Under the pieces are notes generated by a model. It did no database searches and was not told where the DNA came from. It was given only the letters and a program-made list of their open reading frames with translations. Positions 10,174 through 19,360 of a stretch of 64,000 nt of DNA are shown piece after piece. The first letter of the stretch is position 1. Each line of letters begins with the position of its first letter. The translations under genes were made by a program, and so were the position numbers. Source of the stretch: an uncultured Candidatus Methanogranum sp. (GTDB taxonomy: Archaea > Thermoplasmatota > Thermoplasmata > Methanomassiliicoccales > Methanomethylophilaceae); contig OY780938.1 in the NCBI GenBank assembly GCA_963676045.1, positions 200,915 through 264,914 on the forward strand, in the 5' to 3' direction.

Positions 10174-11013
10174 TCATTTCCTGCACATGTCCAATATGCG
10201 CACTATCGATTGATGTCCAGGTGCCTGTTCGTTTATGGCGCCAGCGACGATCTTGGCCTCATCTATCTTGCCTTTCTCGATAAGACAAAACGCGAGGGTC
10301 TCCATCGCGCCTATGTGTTTGGGGTCTGTCTTCACAGCCTTAGTGGCATATCCGCCGGCAGCAGATATCTTTCCATTCATCCACATGAAATATGCCGCAA
10401 GGGCATTCGCATCTGCGGAGCTTTTATCATTTTTCAAGATCCCTTTTACAAAAGCCTCAGCTTCCTTACTGTGCCCCCATCTCAGAAGCACAGAGCAACG
10501 GCATCTTTGGACATAGAAATCCGAGGGGGACTCATCAAACAGCCTCCTGCTTTCCTCATCGGCTTCTTTGAACGAGTTCAATGAGCACAAGGCATCAATC
10601 ATGACGATCTCATCGTCCAAGGTCGGCTCTTGTATCAATTCGTATGAATCAATGGTAGCGTTGTAATCCATGAGTCCATAGGAAACGGACATGCGTTCTC
10701 TCTGTATGTCGTCTGTGATCGCAAGGTCCTCCAATGCAATATCCGCTTCTTCGAATCTCCCCAATCCTTTCAAGCCTTTGACCAGTTCGATCCTGGAGTT
10801 CTCATCGGATGGCAGATCATTCACGATCATCTCGAGGATGGCATTCATGTTTTCATCATCCTCTATGACCTTCAGGAGGGATGCGCATTTCAGAAGTGTC
10901 ATAGGTTCATCGCGATGATTGAAAGCGATCTGCATGACCTGCTGTGACGCGGCCATTTTGTTACCAGTGCCTATGTTCCTTTGAACTTCCTTGAAGGCCT
11001 GCTCCTTGTCCAT
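10174..11013 (-). CDS. TPR-repeat protein
   Basis: 279 aa, all-helical, with repeated ~34-aa A/Y/L-rich units. No catalytic motif seen. Confidence 0.6.
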   Translation of the reverse strand: MDKEQAFKEVQRNIGTGNKMAASQQVMQIAFNHRDEPMTLLKCASLLKVIEDDENMNAILEMIVNDLPSDENSRIELVKGLKGLGRFEEADIALEDLAITDDIQRERMSVSYGLMDYNATIDSYELIQEPTLDDEIVMIDALCSLNSFKEADEESRRLFDESPSDFYVQRCRCSVLLRWGHSKEAEAFVKGILKNDKSSADANALAAYFMWMNGKISAAGGYATKAVKTDPKHIGAMETLAFCLIEKGKIDEAKIVAGAINEQAPGHQSIVRILDMCRK

Positions 11014-11085
11014 GTCGAGGTCAATGCGGTCGTTCGAAATAAAGTTTCAGTTGAAACCTATGTATATCTTCACGTTGATTACACC

Positions 11086-12129
11086 ATGCTCATGATGCTA
11101 AGATCGATAAGGGTATACGGATTATTTGGTGAGTACGATTACAATGTTGATCTTAGTGACAACTATGTGACATTCATTCATTCCCAGAACGGATTTGGAA
11201 AATCAACCTTGATGAGGTTGGTCTACAATGTTTTTGTAGGGGACCTACAAGAGGTATATTCCACGCCATTCGATAGGTTGGATCTGGGATTCGATGACGA
11301 TACATTCCTTTTCGTCGAGAACAACAAAGACGATCTATTCATACAGATACAGAGGAACCACGTGGAGGAGGAGCTTCCAGTGGAGGATCTCAGGAAGATA
11401 ATGAAGGTGACCTACATGTCGCCAGAGCGCATGATATTGTCCAAGGATGATTGTCTCGTACCTGCATTGAACGTATATCTGGATGATCTTACGATAAAGA
11501 TGAAGGATGCGGTGGCAAATGCTAAGATCACAGAGAAGTCAGGAAAGACCCTATCCGATATCTCCGATTATGAGTTGGAATCCTGGTGCAAGGATCTGAA
11601 GGCCAAACTAGAATTCATAAAACAGGCAGGATTCGAACCAGAATTGCCTCCAAGCTACAGATTCCCCCCATCAAGGTTCGAGATAATGGGCTACAGGAAA
11701 GATTACATCGATCTGGCATTTTCCATCAAGGAATACACAGACAGATACTACACTCTGGCAGAATCGATAATAGTGTACATGGACATAGTGAACAACATAT
11801 TCGTCAATAAGGTCATCTATGTCAACGAAAGCGGGACACTCACAGCTAAGATGGATAATGGCATAACCTTACCGATATCGAAATTATCATCAGGGGAGAA
11901 GCAGATCCTTGTGATATTCTATCGTCTTCTATTCGATACGGATATAGGTTCGTTGGCCATAATCGATGAGCCCGAGATATCCCTTCATATAGCTTGGCAG
12001 CAGCAGATCGGTAAGATCTTCATGGATGTCGCAAAACTAAGGTCATTGCATATAATCGTGGCCACGCATTCTCCGCAGATAATCCATGATAATTGGGATC
12101 TCGCTGTGGAGCTGAAAGTGGAACAATGA
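11086..12129 (+). CDS. ABC/SMC-type ATPase, AriA-like
   Basis: Walker A SQNGFGKST, ABC signature LSSGEKQ, Walker B LAIIDEPE, H-loop VATHSP, and a ~200 aa helical insert between the lobes. I chose ATG 11086 because the listed TTG 10981 would overlap the divergent TPR gene. Confidence 0.8.
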   Translation: MLMMLRSIRVYGLFGEYDYNVDLSDNYVTFIHSQNGFGKSTLMRLVYNVFVGDLQEVYSTPFDRLDLGFDDDTFLFVENNKDDLFIQIQRNHVEEELPVEDLRKIMKVTYMSPERMILSKDDCLVPALNVYLDDLTIKMKDAVANAKITEKSGKTLSDISDYELESWCKDLKAKLEFIKQAGFEPELPPSYRFPPSRFEIMGYRKDYIDLAFSIKEYTDRYYTLAESIIVYMDIVNNIFVNKVIYVNESGTLTAKMDNGITLPISKLSSGEKQILVIFYRLLFDTDIGSLAIIDEPEISLHIAWQQQIGKIFMDVAKLRSLHIIVATHSPQIIHDNWDLAVELKVEQ

Positions 12130-12983
12130 TAGAGAATTTGACTGCGTCCGATATTGCAAACGAGATCTCAATGCTGAGGTCTGCGTTCAAAGGGACATTT
12201 GTAGTCGTAGAGGGTGTGACCGACAGCAGGCTCTATAGCAAATTCATAGCAAAGGAAGATGTGAGGATAGAGATAGCATATTCCAAGGACAATGTGAAGC
12301 GTTCTGTCATCGATTCAAGAGCCAACAGGGGCGACCTCAAGATAATCGGTATCGTGGACCCGGACCTCGATAGGTTGATGGGTATGGAATGCAGGCATCC
12401 GATATACACGACAGATAAGCGCGACATGGAAAGCATGATATTGTGCACAAAGGCTTTGGACGATCTTTTGACGGAATATTCCGATGCAGATGAATTGAAG
12501 GGTTTCGAGGAGAAACATGGGCCGATCAGGGATGTTGTGGCAAATGCAGCAGCTCCTTTGGGCATGTTGATGTACATATCGTATCGTGATAGCCTAGGAT
12601 TGTGTTTCAAAGACATCAATCATAGGTCTTTCATCAACAGGCGCACACTCGAGAATGACAGATACAAGATGATCGATGAGGTGTTCGCGCTCTCCAGGTC
12701 ACCTAGGATAGGGAAGAAGGACCTCATGGTGAGGCTCAATAAGGAGATGGAGGCGCTAGAGGACCAATGGTTAGCGGTGAGGGGTCATGATGCGGTGGAG
12801 ATATTGACGATAGGTCTGTCCGATTCCTTCGGTTCGTATAATGCATGCGGCATCAAATGCGGGCAGATCGGAGGGTCATTGCGTCTGGCTTTCTCTTATG
12901 ATTATTTCGCCGAGACGCGGCTATATGACGATACATTCCAATGGAGCAAGAAGACGAGCAATCCCCTTTGGGTCAGTCGTTGA
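12126..12983 (+). CDS. DUF4435/Toprim-like (OLD-family type) protein, AriB-like
   Basis: ATG 12126 overlaps the ATPase stop (ATGA). Toprim-like VVVEGVTDSRLY and the acidic IGIVDPDLD motif are present. About 285 aa. Confidence 0.75.
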   Translation: MIENLTASDIANEISMLRSAFKGTFVVVEGVTDSRLYSKFIAKEDVRIEIAYSKDNVKRSVIDSRANRGDLKIIGIVDPDLDRLMGMECRHPIYTTDKRDMESMILCTKALDDLLTEYSDADELKGFEEKHGPIRDVVANAAAPLGMLMYISYRDSLGLCFKDINHRSFINRRTLENDRYKMIDEVFALSRSPRIGKKDLMVRLNKEMEALEDQWLAVRGHDAVEILTIGLSDSFGSYNACGIKCGQIGGSLRLAFSYDYFAETRLYDDTFQWSKKTSNPLWVSR

Positions 12984-13206
12984 TGTTCATGTCCTCTTTG
13001 ACAATCCCGTTCGAGGTCTCCATTATCTTTTGAACTTTGCGATCGCTTTCTTCAAGGATCTTCTTGCAATGCTCTCTCAACGCGATCGCGTCCTCGTATA
13101 TCTTCAGGCTTTGGTCGAGGTCCAATCCACCGTTCTCTAATTTTTTGACCATCTCTTCTAATGCCGTTATGCTCTCTTCAAAGCTCATCTCTTCAATTCC
13201 TTTCAT
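12973..13206 (-). CDS. xseB: exodeoxyribonuclease VII small subunit
   Basis: 77 aa helical protein. FEESITALEEMVKKLENGGLDLDQSLKIYEDAIAL matches the XseB consensus. Confidence 0.85.
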   Translation of the reverse strand: MKGIEEMSFEESITALEEMVKKLENGGLDLDQSLKIYEDAIALREHCKKILEESDRKVQKIMETSNGIVKEDMNIND

Positions 13207-14468
13207 TTCAATCTGATCTCCTTGATCTTCGCGTCGATCTCCCCATCGCGCATACGTACGGTTATCTCCATATCCCTATCAATTGACTTCGCGGACGTCA
13301 ATGGACGTCCATCCTCATCGGTCACCATGCTGTATCCTCTTCCCAAGACCTTGTATGGGTCAAGGGACTCGAGACGGTTGTTAAGGTTCTCCATCTTCCT
13401 GATCTTCGATTGCATCAATTGATCCGATGCGTTTTTCAGTCTCATCTCTACGATGCCGTATCTCCTATGCATGACCTCTACAATATTCCTCAACGACGAT
13501 GCGAGTTTTGTGGAGATATGTTCCAAGAGCATGGTCTTCATAGCCACCATTTCCTCTGCGCGTCTCGGAGAGAGTTTAGAATCTATCTTGTTGAATCTGC
13601 TCCTCATCTTTTCGATACTGTAACTCAATGCCCTGTTGAGGCGTATGGTATCGTTGTTAAGTTGGTTAATTAGTTCTTTCTTATCTTTAAGTGCGATCTC
13701 GGCTGCAGCGGTGGGAGTGGCAGCACGGACGTCCGCGGCCAGATCTGAAAGTGTGAAATCGGACTCATGCCCTACAGCGGATATCGTTGGTATCTTCGAG
13801 GATGCTATCGCTCTCACAGTCGTCTCCTCGTTGAATGCCCAAAGGTCTTCCATCGAGCCTCCGCCTCTTCCAACAATTATAACGTCAACTCCTACGCGGT
13901 TCAGCAGTTCTATGCCTGCCGCAATTGATCTCGAGGCATCATCTCCTTGGACCTTTGCTGGGGCGAGGAGTATATCGGCGGGGAATCTTCTCCCAGTGGT
14001 CGTGACTATGTCATGAATAACAGCTCCGGTCTGTGATGTTACCACACCTATGACCTTCGGATAGATCGGCAATTTCCTCTTTCTTTTTTGATCGAAAAGT
14101 CCTTCTGCTTCGAGTTTCTTTTTCAATTTCTCGAATTCAGCGTAGAGATTGCCGACCCCGCCGCGTCTCATCGTCTGGACCATGAATTGATACGACCCTC
14201 TGTCCACGTATATGTCCACACTTCCAAAGGCGGTGATCTCCATGTTGTCACATGGTTCGAAATCTATTCTCGCCTTTGCCGATTTGAACATAACGCAACG
14301 TATCTCGCTGCCATTGTCCTTCATCGTGAAGTAAGAATGTCCAGAAGTGTAAAGTTTAAAATTGGAGATCTCGCCGGTGACCCAAACATCAGTTACACCT
14401 GGTGCGTTATTGATCAGATTCTTGACGCGTGTGTTCAACTGTGTGACATTAATGGTCTCTTCCATCAT
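13203..14468 (-). CDS. xseA: exodeoxyribonuclease VII large subunit
   Basis: N-terminal OB fold (VWVTGEISNFKLYTSGHSYFTMKD), catalytic core (VIGVVTSQTGAVIHD, VGRGGGSMEDLWAFN, ISAVGHESD) and a C-terminal coiled coil. Start set at ATG 14468, which gives a normal length and a divergent intergenic gap. Confidence 0.85.
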   Translation of the reverse strand: MMEETINVTQLNTRVKNLINNAPGVTDVWVTGEISNFKLYTSGHSYFTMKDNGSEIRCVMFKSAKARIDFEPCDNMEITAFGSVDIYVDRGSYQFMVQTMRRGGVGNLYAEFEKLKKKLEAEGLFDQKRKRKLPIYPKVIGVVTSQTGAVIHDIVTTTGRRFPADILLAPAKVQGDDASRSIAAGIELLNRVGVDVIIVGRGGGSMEDLWAFNEETTVRAIASSKIPTISAVGHESDFTLSDLAADVRAATPTAAAEIALKDKKELINQLNNDTIRLNRALSYSIEKMRSRFNKIDSKLSPRRAEEMVAMKTMLLEHISTKLASSLRNIVEVMHRRYGIVEMRLKNASDQLMQSKIRKMENLNNRLESLDPYKVLGRGYSMVTDEDGRPLTSAKSIDRDMEITVRMRDGEIDAKIKEIRLK

Positions 14469-14514
14469 AATCCCATATGGCAAGCTTTGATTTATCGTTT
14501 GGCTAAAATATGAA

Positions 14515-14961
14515 ATGATGGATACCATGCCCATGGACGTAGAGACTCTTAAAAATATAGTCAGTCCTGAACTGCAAGAGTATTTGCCTCGTATATTGGA
14601 GATGTGCAATGCTCCTTATGCAGTTGCCAATGACATAGAATTGGTCAGTTTGACCCCTGATTGTACACGTATGAAGAAGAAGATCGGTCCGGATGATATG
14701 AACAGCATGGGAAGGGTACATGGTGCCGCATTGTTCGGATTGATTGACCACACCTTTGCGATAGCGGCAAATGTGAAATCCGATGGTACCGGGCAATGCT
14801 GCAACATAATATATCACAGACCTTGCACTGACCTAGAGATCGAATCAGAGGCTAGGCTGATCAATGAGTCAAAATCATTGGTGATATTTGACGTAAAGAT
14901 ATATAGTGGTGGGAAACTCAGGGTATCTGCAACATGCACAGGTTTTAAGATATGCAGGTGA
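14515..14961 (+). CDS. PaaI-family hotdog-fold thioesterase
   Basis: 148 aa with the GRVHGAALFGLIDHTFAIAAN motif. Confidence 0.75.
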   Translation: MMDTMPMDVETLKNIVSPELQEYLPRILEMCNAPYAVANDIELVSLTPDCTRMKKKIGPDDMNSMGRVHGAALFGLIDHTFAIAANVKSDGTGQCCNIIYHRPCTDLEIESEARLINESKSLVIFDVKIYSGGKLRVSATCTGFKICR

Positions 14962-14965
14962 TGGT

Positions 14966-15454
14966 ATGACAAGATTCTGCCCGTATTGTGGGGTAGCAGT
15001 GCCTTCCAATTGTATCACATGTCCCAAGTGTTTTAAGAATATACCCAGCGACAACAATGATACAAATTCCAAGGAAGGTCAGGAACCCTATGTAGATGGC
15101 AACGTGATGAAAGAGAAGACTCAGGAGCAAGAGTCCATCGGTGTGAAGGTTGTAAAGAAGAATAGGACCATAATGACAATACTCGCCATAGTTCCAGCAT
15201 TCGTTGGTATTCTAGGTCTTGCACAGATCTATAGGAATTACCGCAATTCGATGGGCTATGTGTTCCTGGTGGTCGGTCTTTTGCTTTTCATACCGTCCGT
15301 GATCCTCATAATGGGCGTTTGGAATACAGGGGTATTCATGGGAATATTCAGGATAGCGGCGTACATAATATTGACTTTGATATACCTGTCCACAGCTTTG
15401 GCCGCTCTTTTAGATGCCAGACATGGTTCGGTGTTCAAAGTTATAAAGTTTTGA
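14966..15454 (+). CDS. zinc-ribbon membrane protein
   Basis: N-terminal CPYCG...CPKC ribbon followed by 3-4 hydrophobic helices. ATG 14966 follows the upstream stop. Confidence 0.55.
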   Translation: MTRFCPYCGVAVPSNCITCPKCFKNIPSDNNDTNSKEGQEPYVDGNVMKEKTQEQESIGVKVVKKNRTIMTILAIVPAFVGILGLAQIYRNYRNSMGYVFLVVGLLLFIPSVILIMGVWNTGVFMGIFRIAAYIILTLIYLSTALAALLDARHGSVFKVIKF

Positions 15455-15486
15455 AGCGATCACCGGTATGAAATGATAAACTGCTT

Positions 15487-16056
15487 TCAATATTTTCCCC
15501 TGTCCCTCATATGGAACATGAGGCAGGTGGACATCTTTGCAAGGTCAGAGGCGCGTCTGCTCCTCTTAACGTTGGCTGGATCGTTCCTCATGAGTCTGCG
15601 ATATGCTTTGCAAATAGTCTCAGCTTCCTCTGCTGGCTCTTTGCATTTAAGACTGATTGGCATCCTTGATGATATCGACGGCATTATGTTCGTTTCGAAA
15701 GTTATATCCCAGGGAGAACATATCATGTATCTTCCGAATTCCTGTCTGATGTCATAACAGGCGACATTCTCCCCTTTTATTATCTGAAGTACATCTTGTG
15801 CGACCTTTTTCTCAGGTTCTCCAGAATATATCATCTCCGGCATTATCTTGAAATTCTCAGATAGGTAGTCCAGTTTTTTCTTACCTAGGTTCTTAGGTTC
15901 ATAGAATACAAGACTGCTGTACACAATCTCAAAATCAAACGTTTCCAGATTCGCTTTGCAGACGCCAATGTCGATTATCTCATCATAGGGGTAGCCGTTC
16001 GGGCCTGTCGTCACGGTCTGCACTACGTAGATATCATCCGTCATGTTAAAGGTCAA
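15487..16056 (-). CDS. degenerate DnaQ/DEDD exonuclease-like protein, probably inactive
   Basis: DIYVVQTVTTGP aligns with LIYVLDTETTGL of the 24834-25478 exonuclease, but the D and E are replaced by Q and V. No Exo III HxxxD is visible. Confidence 0.45.
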   Translation of the reverse strand: MTFNMTDDIYVVQTVTTGPNGYPYDEIIDIGVCKANLETFDFEIVYSSLVFYEPKNLGKKKLDYLSENFKIMPEMIYSGEPEKKVAQDVLQIIKGENVACYDIRQEFGRYMICSPWDITFETNIMPSISSRMPISLKCKEPAEEAETICKAYRRLMRNDPANVKRSRRASDLAKMSTCLMFHMRDRGKY

Positions 16057-16096
16057 CTCGGTCCTATGTATAAATCCTTAGATTTTCAAATCTTAT

Positions 16097-16522
16097 TCAT
16101 ATATCAAAGAATTCTTTAACGTTGGGTCTGAAAAGATAGTATATCACAACGATGCCCACTACTAGGGTAACGCCCGCGGTCCACTGCTCCATACCTAAAA
16201 GACTTATCAATGATGCTAATATCAAAAGGCCCACCAATATCAATGATATGTACCAGACGAAGGCCCATCCTTTGAAGAATCCAAATCCTATCAAGGCGGT
16301 CACGAATGCCATAATGAAGACCACCACGCTCATTTCATTCACATATTTCACTGCTTCATCGAGAGACATGTCTTTTGGAAGTATCCCTTGATCGATCAGC
16401 TCCTGTGCTATCTGATGCGCTATGTCCGGTATCAAACAGCTAACTGCCGAGATAACCAATGCGATCGTTGCGATAAAGAACAACGCGCCCAATATCGTTA
16501 TCAGAAGAGGCCTCTTGGTCAT
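16097..16522 (-). CDS. membrane protein, 4 TM
   Basis: 141 aa with four hydrophobic segments. No known motif. Confidence 0.5.
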   Translation of the reverse strand: MTKRPLLITILGALFFIATIALVISAVSCLIPDIAHQIAQELIDQGILPKDMSLDEAVKYVNEMSVVVFIMAFVTALIGFGFFKGWAFVWYISLILVGLLILASLISLLGMEQWTAGVTLVVGIVVIYYLFRPNVKEFFDI

Positions 16523-16664
16523 GTTGCCGTATAGACCATAAACCGTATAAGCTTTATTTCAAATGGATTGAATCTTCTTATTGTGTTTTAAATGTGGCAA
16601 TATCAATATTGTATCTGTTCTAATAAAGATTTTAAGAAAATTACACGAATTACAACTTTCAGTT

Positions 16665-16672
16665 TTTATAAT
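16665..16672 (+). promoter_or_regulatory. TATA-box-like element upstream of the addB-like gene
   Basis: tttataat lies 21 nt upstream of ATG 16694, suggesting a leaderless transcript and supporting that start. Confidence 0.35.
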
Positions 16673-16693
16673 GACAACTGCATCGCGGGAATC

Positions 16694-19360
16694 ATGCGGA
16701 AAGCAAAGGGCATCGATGAGATATACGATGAGGTGAAAGACTGCGATATTGTCATAACCAATGATGCCCCGCTTGCAACAGCTTTGAATTCCAGAGTCCG
16801 TAAGGCGAGCATTGGCAGTTTTGCATACACTCCAAGGCAGATCGCTGGTAAAGAAGCAGCGAAGGTATTAGGAAAGGGCACAATCGGCGATCTGAAGATC
16901 ATATCCGCCATCGCAGATGAAACAGGATTCGATTTCAAATACATACACGGTGAGCTTGAGAATATACGCACTATCCGCAGATACAGGGCCAATCCCGATA
17001 ATTATCTTTACTCAAGGGCGGCCAAAGAGGTTTACCGCTCTTTCAATGCATTGCCTACAATAGAGAAGGTCATGTCCAATTTCGACCCTTCGAAGAGTGA
17101 ATTTTATAAGGGCAGGAAGAGGATAGGCGTCATAGGATTGGATCTCTTCGATGATCTGGACAAACATTTCGTACCAATGGATTTCATAGAGGTCGACCTC
17201 TTTGAGAAGGGAGACTACGATATCGATACAATATACCAGATCGGTAATGATAGGCAGATAGCGGATAATATAGTCGAATTGATCAATCCAGATATGGTCG
17301 AGGATACTGCGATAGTGTTAGATACCGAGGGAGCTGTGGCTGATGCGATAAGGGCTGCCCTCTATAGGCGCGGATTGCCATTCAAGAATACTATGGCGGT
17401 CAGGGACCTTTCCCAAATAAGGGATTTTTTGCAATTCGTCACTTTGTCATTGAATTACGATACGATCAGGATAAGGCATGTGAGGGAGATATTCTCCAAT
17501 TACGGGGGATATCTAAGATCCAAACAGGATGAGTATCTGTTATCGAAAAGTCTGCAGAGCATAAAGAATGATAAGGCAATCAAGTTAGCAGAAATGATGA
17601 GGGACATACGCACAATGACCTTCGGAGAAGTCATGGAGAGCATCGTGCATCCTCTTCAGAGACCTCAGATAAAGATACTTTTGCAAGACCTGATGATGGC
17701 GGATAAGAAGGTAACTTCCAGATTGGTGAGCCAAATAACATATGCTGTCAACAATGTTACCGACCTTCATCATAATGAGCAGATCCCCGAAGATGAGAAG
17801 AGAGGAGTATTGCTTGTAAATTGCAATAATTCCGTATACATCGACAGGCCGTTCGTGATCTTCGTAGGTATCGGTCCGGAATGGTCGCCGAGCATAATTG
17901 GGAAGGAATACATAGATAGGGAAACCGAATTCGAGAGGGACCTTACAAGATTCTCCGTTCTGATACAACAGGGCAATTCAAGGCTATATGCGGTGAATTA
18001 TCTAAGAGGGGGAAAGCCTTCCAGGCCATGCAGTATATTTGAACAGATATATCCCGATAGAAAGATAGAGGGATTCGAGGATGTATGCAAGGAAAGCTCC
18101 CATCTCATAAAAGGCCCCTGGCACATTGTAGAGGAAAAGAAATTCTCAGATAAGGGAGAAGAGCATCTGGAACATGTACCAGTATATGATTGGAAATTCT
18201 CAAAGAGCACATACAATCTTTTTCGTCAGTGCCCAAGAGCATACATGTTCGGTGAATTGATGAGGACTCCCGATTCAGAATATACTGTGTTTGGAAGCAT
18301 AATTCACGAGTTCGCTGAACTTTACGTATGCTACCCAGAAATGGTGAGGAAGAAGGGAATAGACCATTATTTGGAGCTCATACAGGACAGGTATTCGGGG
18401 ATATCATGTGGGCAGATGGAATCCATCGATAGGACCGAGATGCGCGTAAGCATGTTGAATGTGATGAGATATCTCGATAGGACTGTCAAGGAGGTCTCGG
18501 ATCTGGACCGTAAGAATTCTGATAGGAAATATCCGAACGAATTGATGGTGCTGGAAGGTTGCGAGATGTACAGTCGGATAACTGAGACCGAATTCAGGTC
18601 TCAGAAAAACCCGATATTCGGTAATTTCGACCTGATACTCGGAGATACGATAACAGATTATAAGACAGGTAAGGCGACCGACATCAAGGGGATAAGAGAT
18701 AAGATGATCAGTCCGCAACATCATCCGGAATTTCAGCCAATGATATATCTGGCACTTTTATACCAATCATCAGGTAGATTGCCTTGCAGGTTCAATCAAT
18801 TCTACGTCAAAGATAGGCTCAGGGATTCGATAGAGATGGAAGATTTCGATGTTATGCTGAACATAAGGACGATCGAATTCATAGACATGAGCTTCGAAGA
18901 ATACATGCAAAGTCCAGATTGTCCGATAAGATCTGATTTCATGTCCAAGACCTATGAGAGATTCCTGATATCCTGGAACACTTTCATCGATACATTGTCT
19001 TCATATGGTTGGGACGATAAGGATAATTGGAGCAGGAATGAGAGATTGAAAGCATCAATACTTGATGCCATTGGTCTCAAACCGAACAAAACAAACATCG
19101 TGAATGTTGAAAGGGCCATGAATAAGGTTGTAAAAGGTACTGTAGGCATGATGTTCTGCGATGGCAATATTTTGACGATACCCAAGGACACGATGGAATC
19201 ATTTTTGATGAAACTGGATTCCGATCATGCAGATGCTTCAAGAATGACCGTTTCAAAGTTTCCAGGTTCACCTTCCAAAGATTGTTCCAAATGCAATTTC
19301 TTGAAGGTATGTACTGCAAGGATAGATGATGCGGAAGACGAGGGTGAGGAAGATGGATGA
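16694..19360 (+). CDS. AddB-like PD-(D/E)XK nuclease subunit with Fe-S cysteines, no Walker A
   Basis: Nuclease motif GNFDLILGDTITDYKTGK. Cas4/AddB-type cysteines are QCPRAY upstream plus a C-terminal CSKCNFLKVC (CX2CX5C). I saw no GxxxxGK[ST] anywhere in the protein. Confidence 0.75.
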   Translation: MRKAKGIDEIYDEVKDCDIVITNDAPLATALNSRVRKASIGSFAYTPRQIAGKEAAKVLGKGTIGDLKIISAIADETGFDFKYIHGELENIRTIRRYRANPDNYLYSRAAKEVYRSFNALPTIEKVMSNFDPSKSEFYKGRKRIGVIGLDLFDDLDKHFVPMDFIEVDLFEKGDYDIDTIYQIGNDRQIADNIVELINPDMVEDTAIVLDTEGAVADAIRAALYRRGLPFKNTMAVRDLSQIRDFLQFVTLSLNYDTIRIRHVREIFSNYGGYLRSKQDEYLLSKSLQSIKNDKAIKLAEMMRDIRTMTFGEVMESIVHPLQRPQIKILLQDLMMADKKVTSRLVSQITYAVNNVTDLHHNEQIPEDEKRGVLLVNCNNSVYIDRPFVIFVGIGPEWSPSIIGKEYIDRETEFERDLTRFSVLIQQGNSRLYAVNYLRGGKPSRPCSIFEQIYPDRKIEGFEDVCKESSHLIKGPWHIVEEKKFSDKGEEHLEHVPVYDWKFSKSTYNLFRQCPRAYMFGELMRTPDSEYTVFGSIIHEFAELYVCYPEMVRKKGIDHYLELIQDRYSGISCGQMESIDRTEMRVSMLNVMRYLDRTVKEVSDLDRKNSDRKYPNELMVLEGCEMYSRITETEFRSQKNPIFGNFDLILGDTITDYKTGKATDIKGIRDKMISPQHHPEFQPMIYLALLYQSSGRLPCRFNQFYVKDRLRDSIEMEDFDVMLNIRTIEFIDMSFEEYMQSPDCPIRSDFMSKTYERFLISWNTFIDTLSSYGWDDKDNWSRNERLKASILDAIGLKPNKTNIVNVERAMNKVVKGTVGMMFCDGNILTIPKDTMESFLMKLDSDHADASRMTVSKFPGSPSKDCSKCNFLKVCTARIDDAEDEGEEDG

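Noticed and set aside
10174-11013. TPR protein as a third component of the PARIS-like module.
   Set aside because: It is divergently transcribed from a separate promoter region. TPR proteins are common and there is no coupling signal, so this is left open but not claimed.
10981-11085. Listed TTG start at 10981 for the ABC ATPase, which would overlap the divergent TPR gene by 33 nt.
   Set aside because: The extension encodes no conserved residues and crosses the TPR start and the promoter-like palindrome/TATA. ATG 11086 places the Walker A at a normal distance from the N-terminus.
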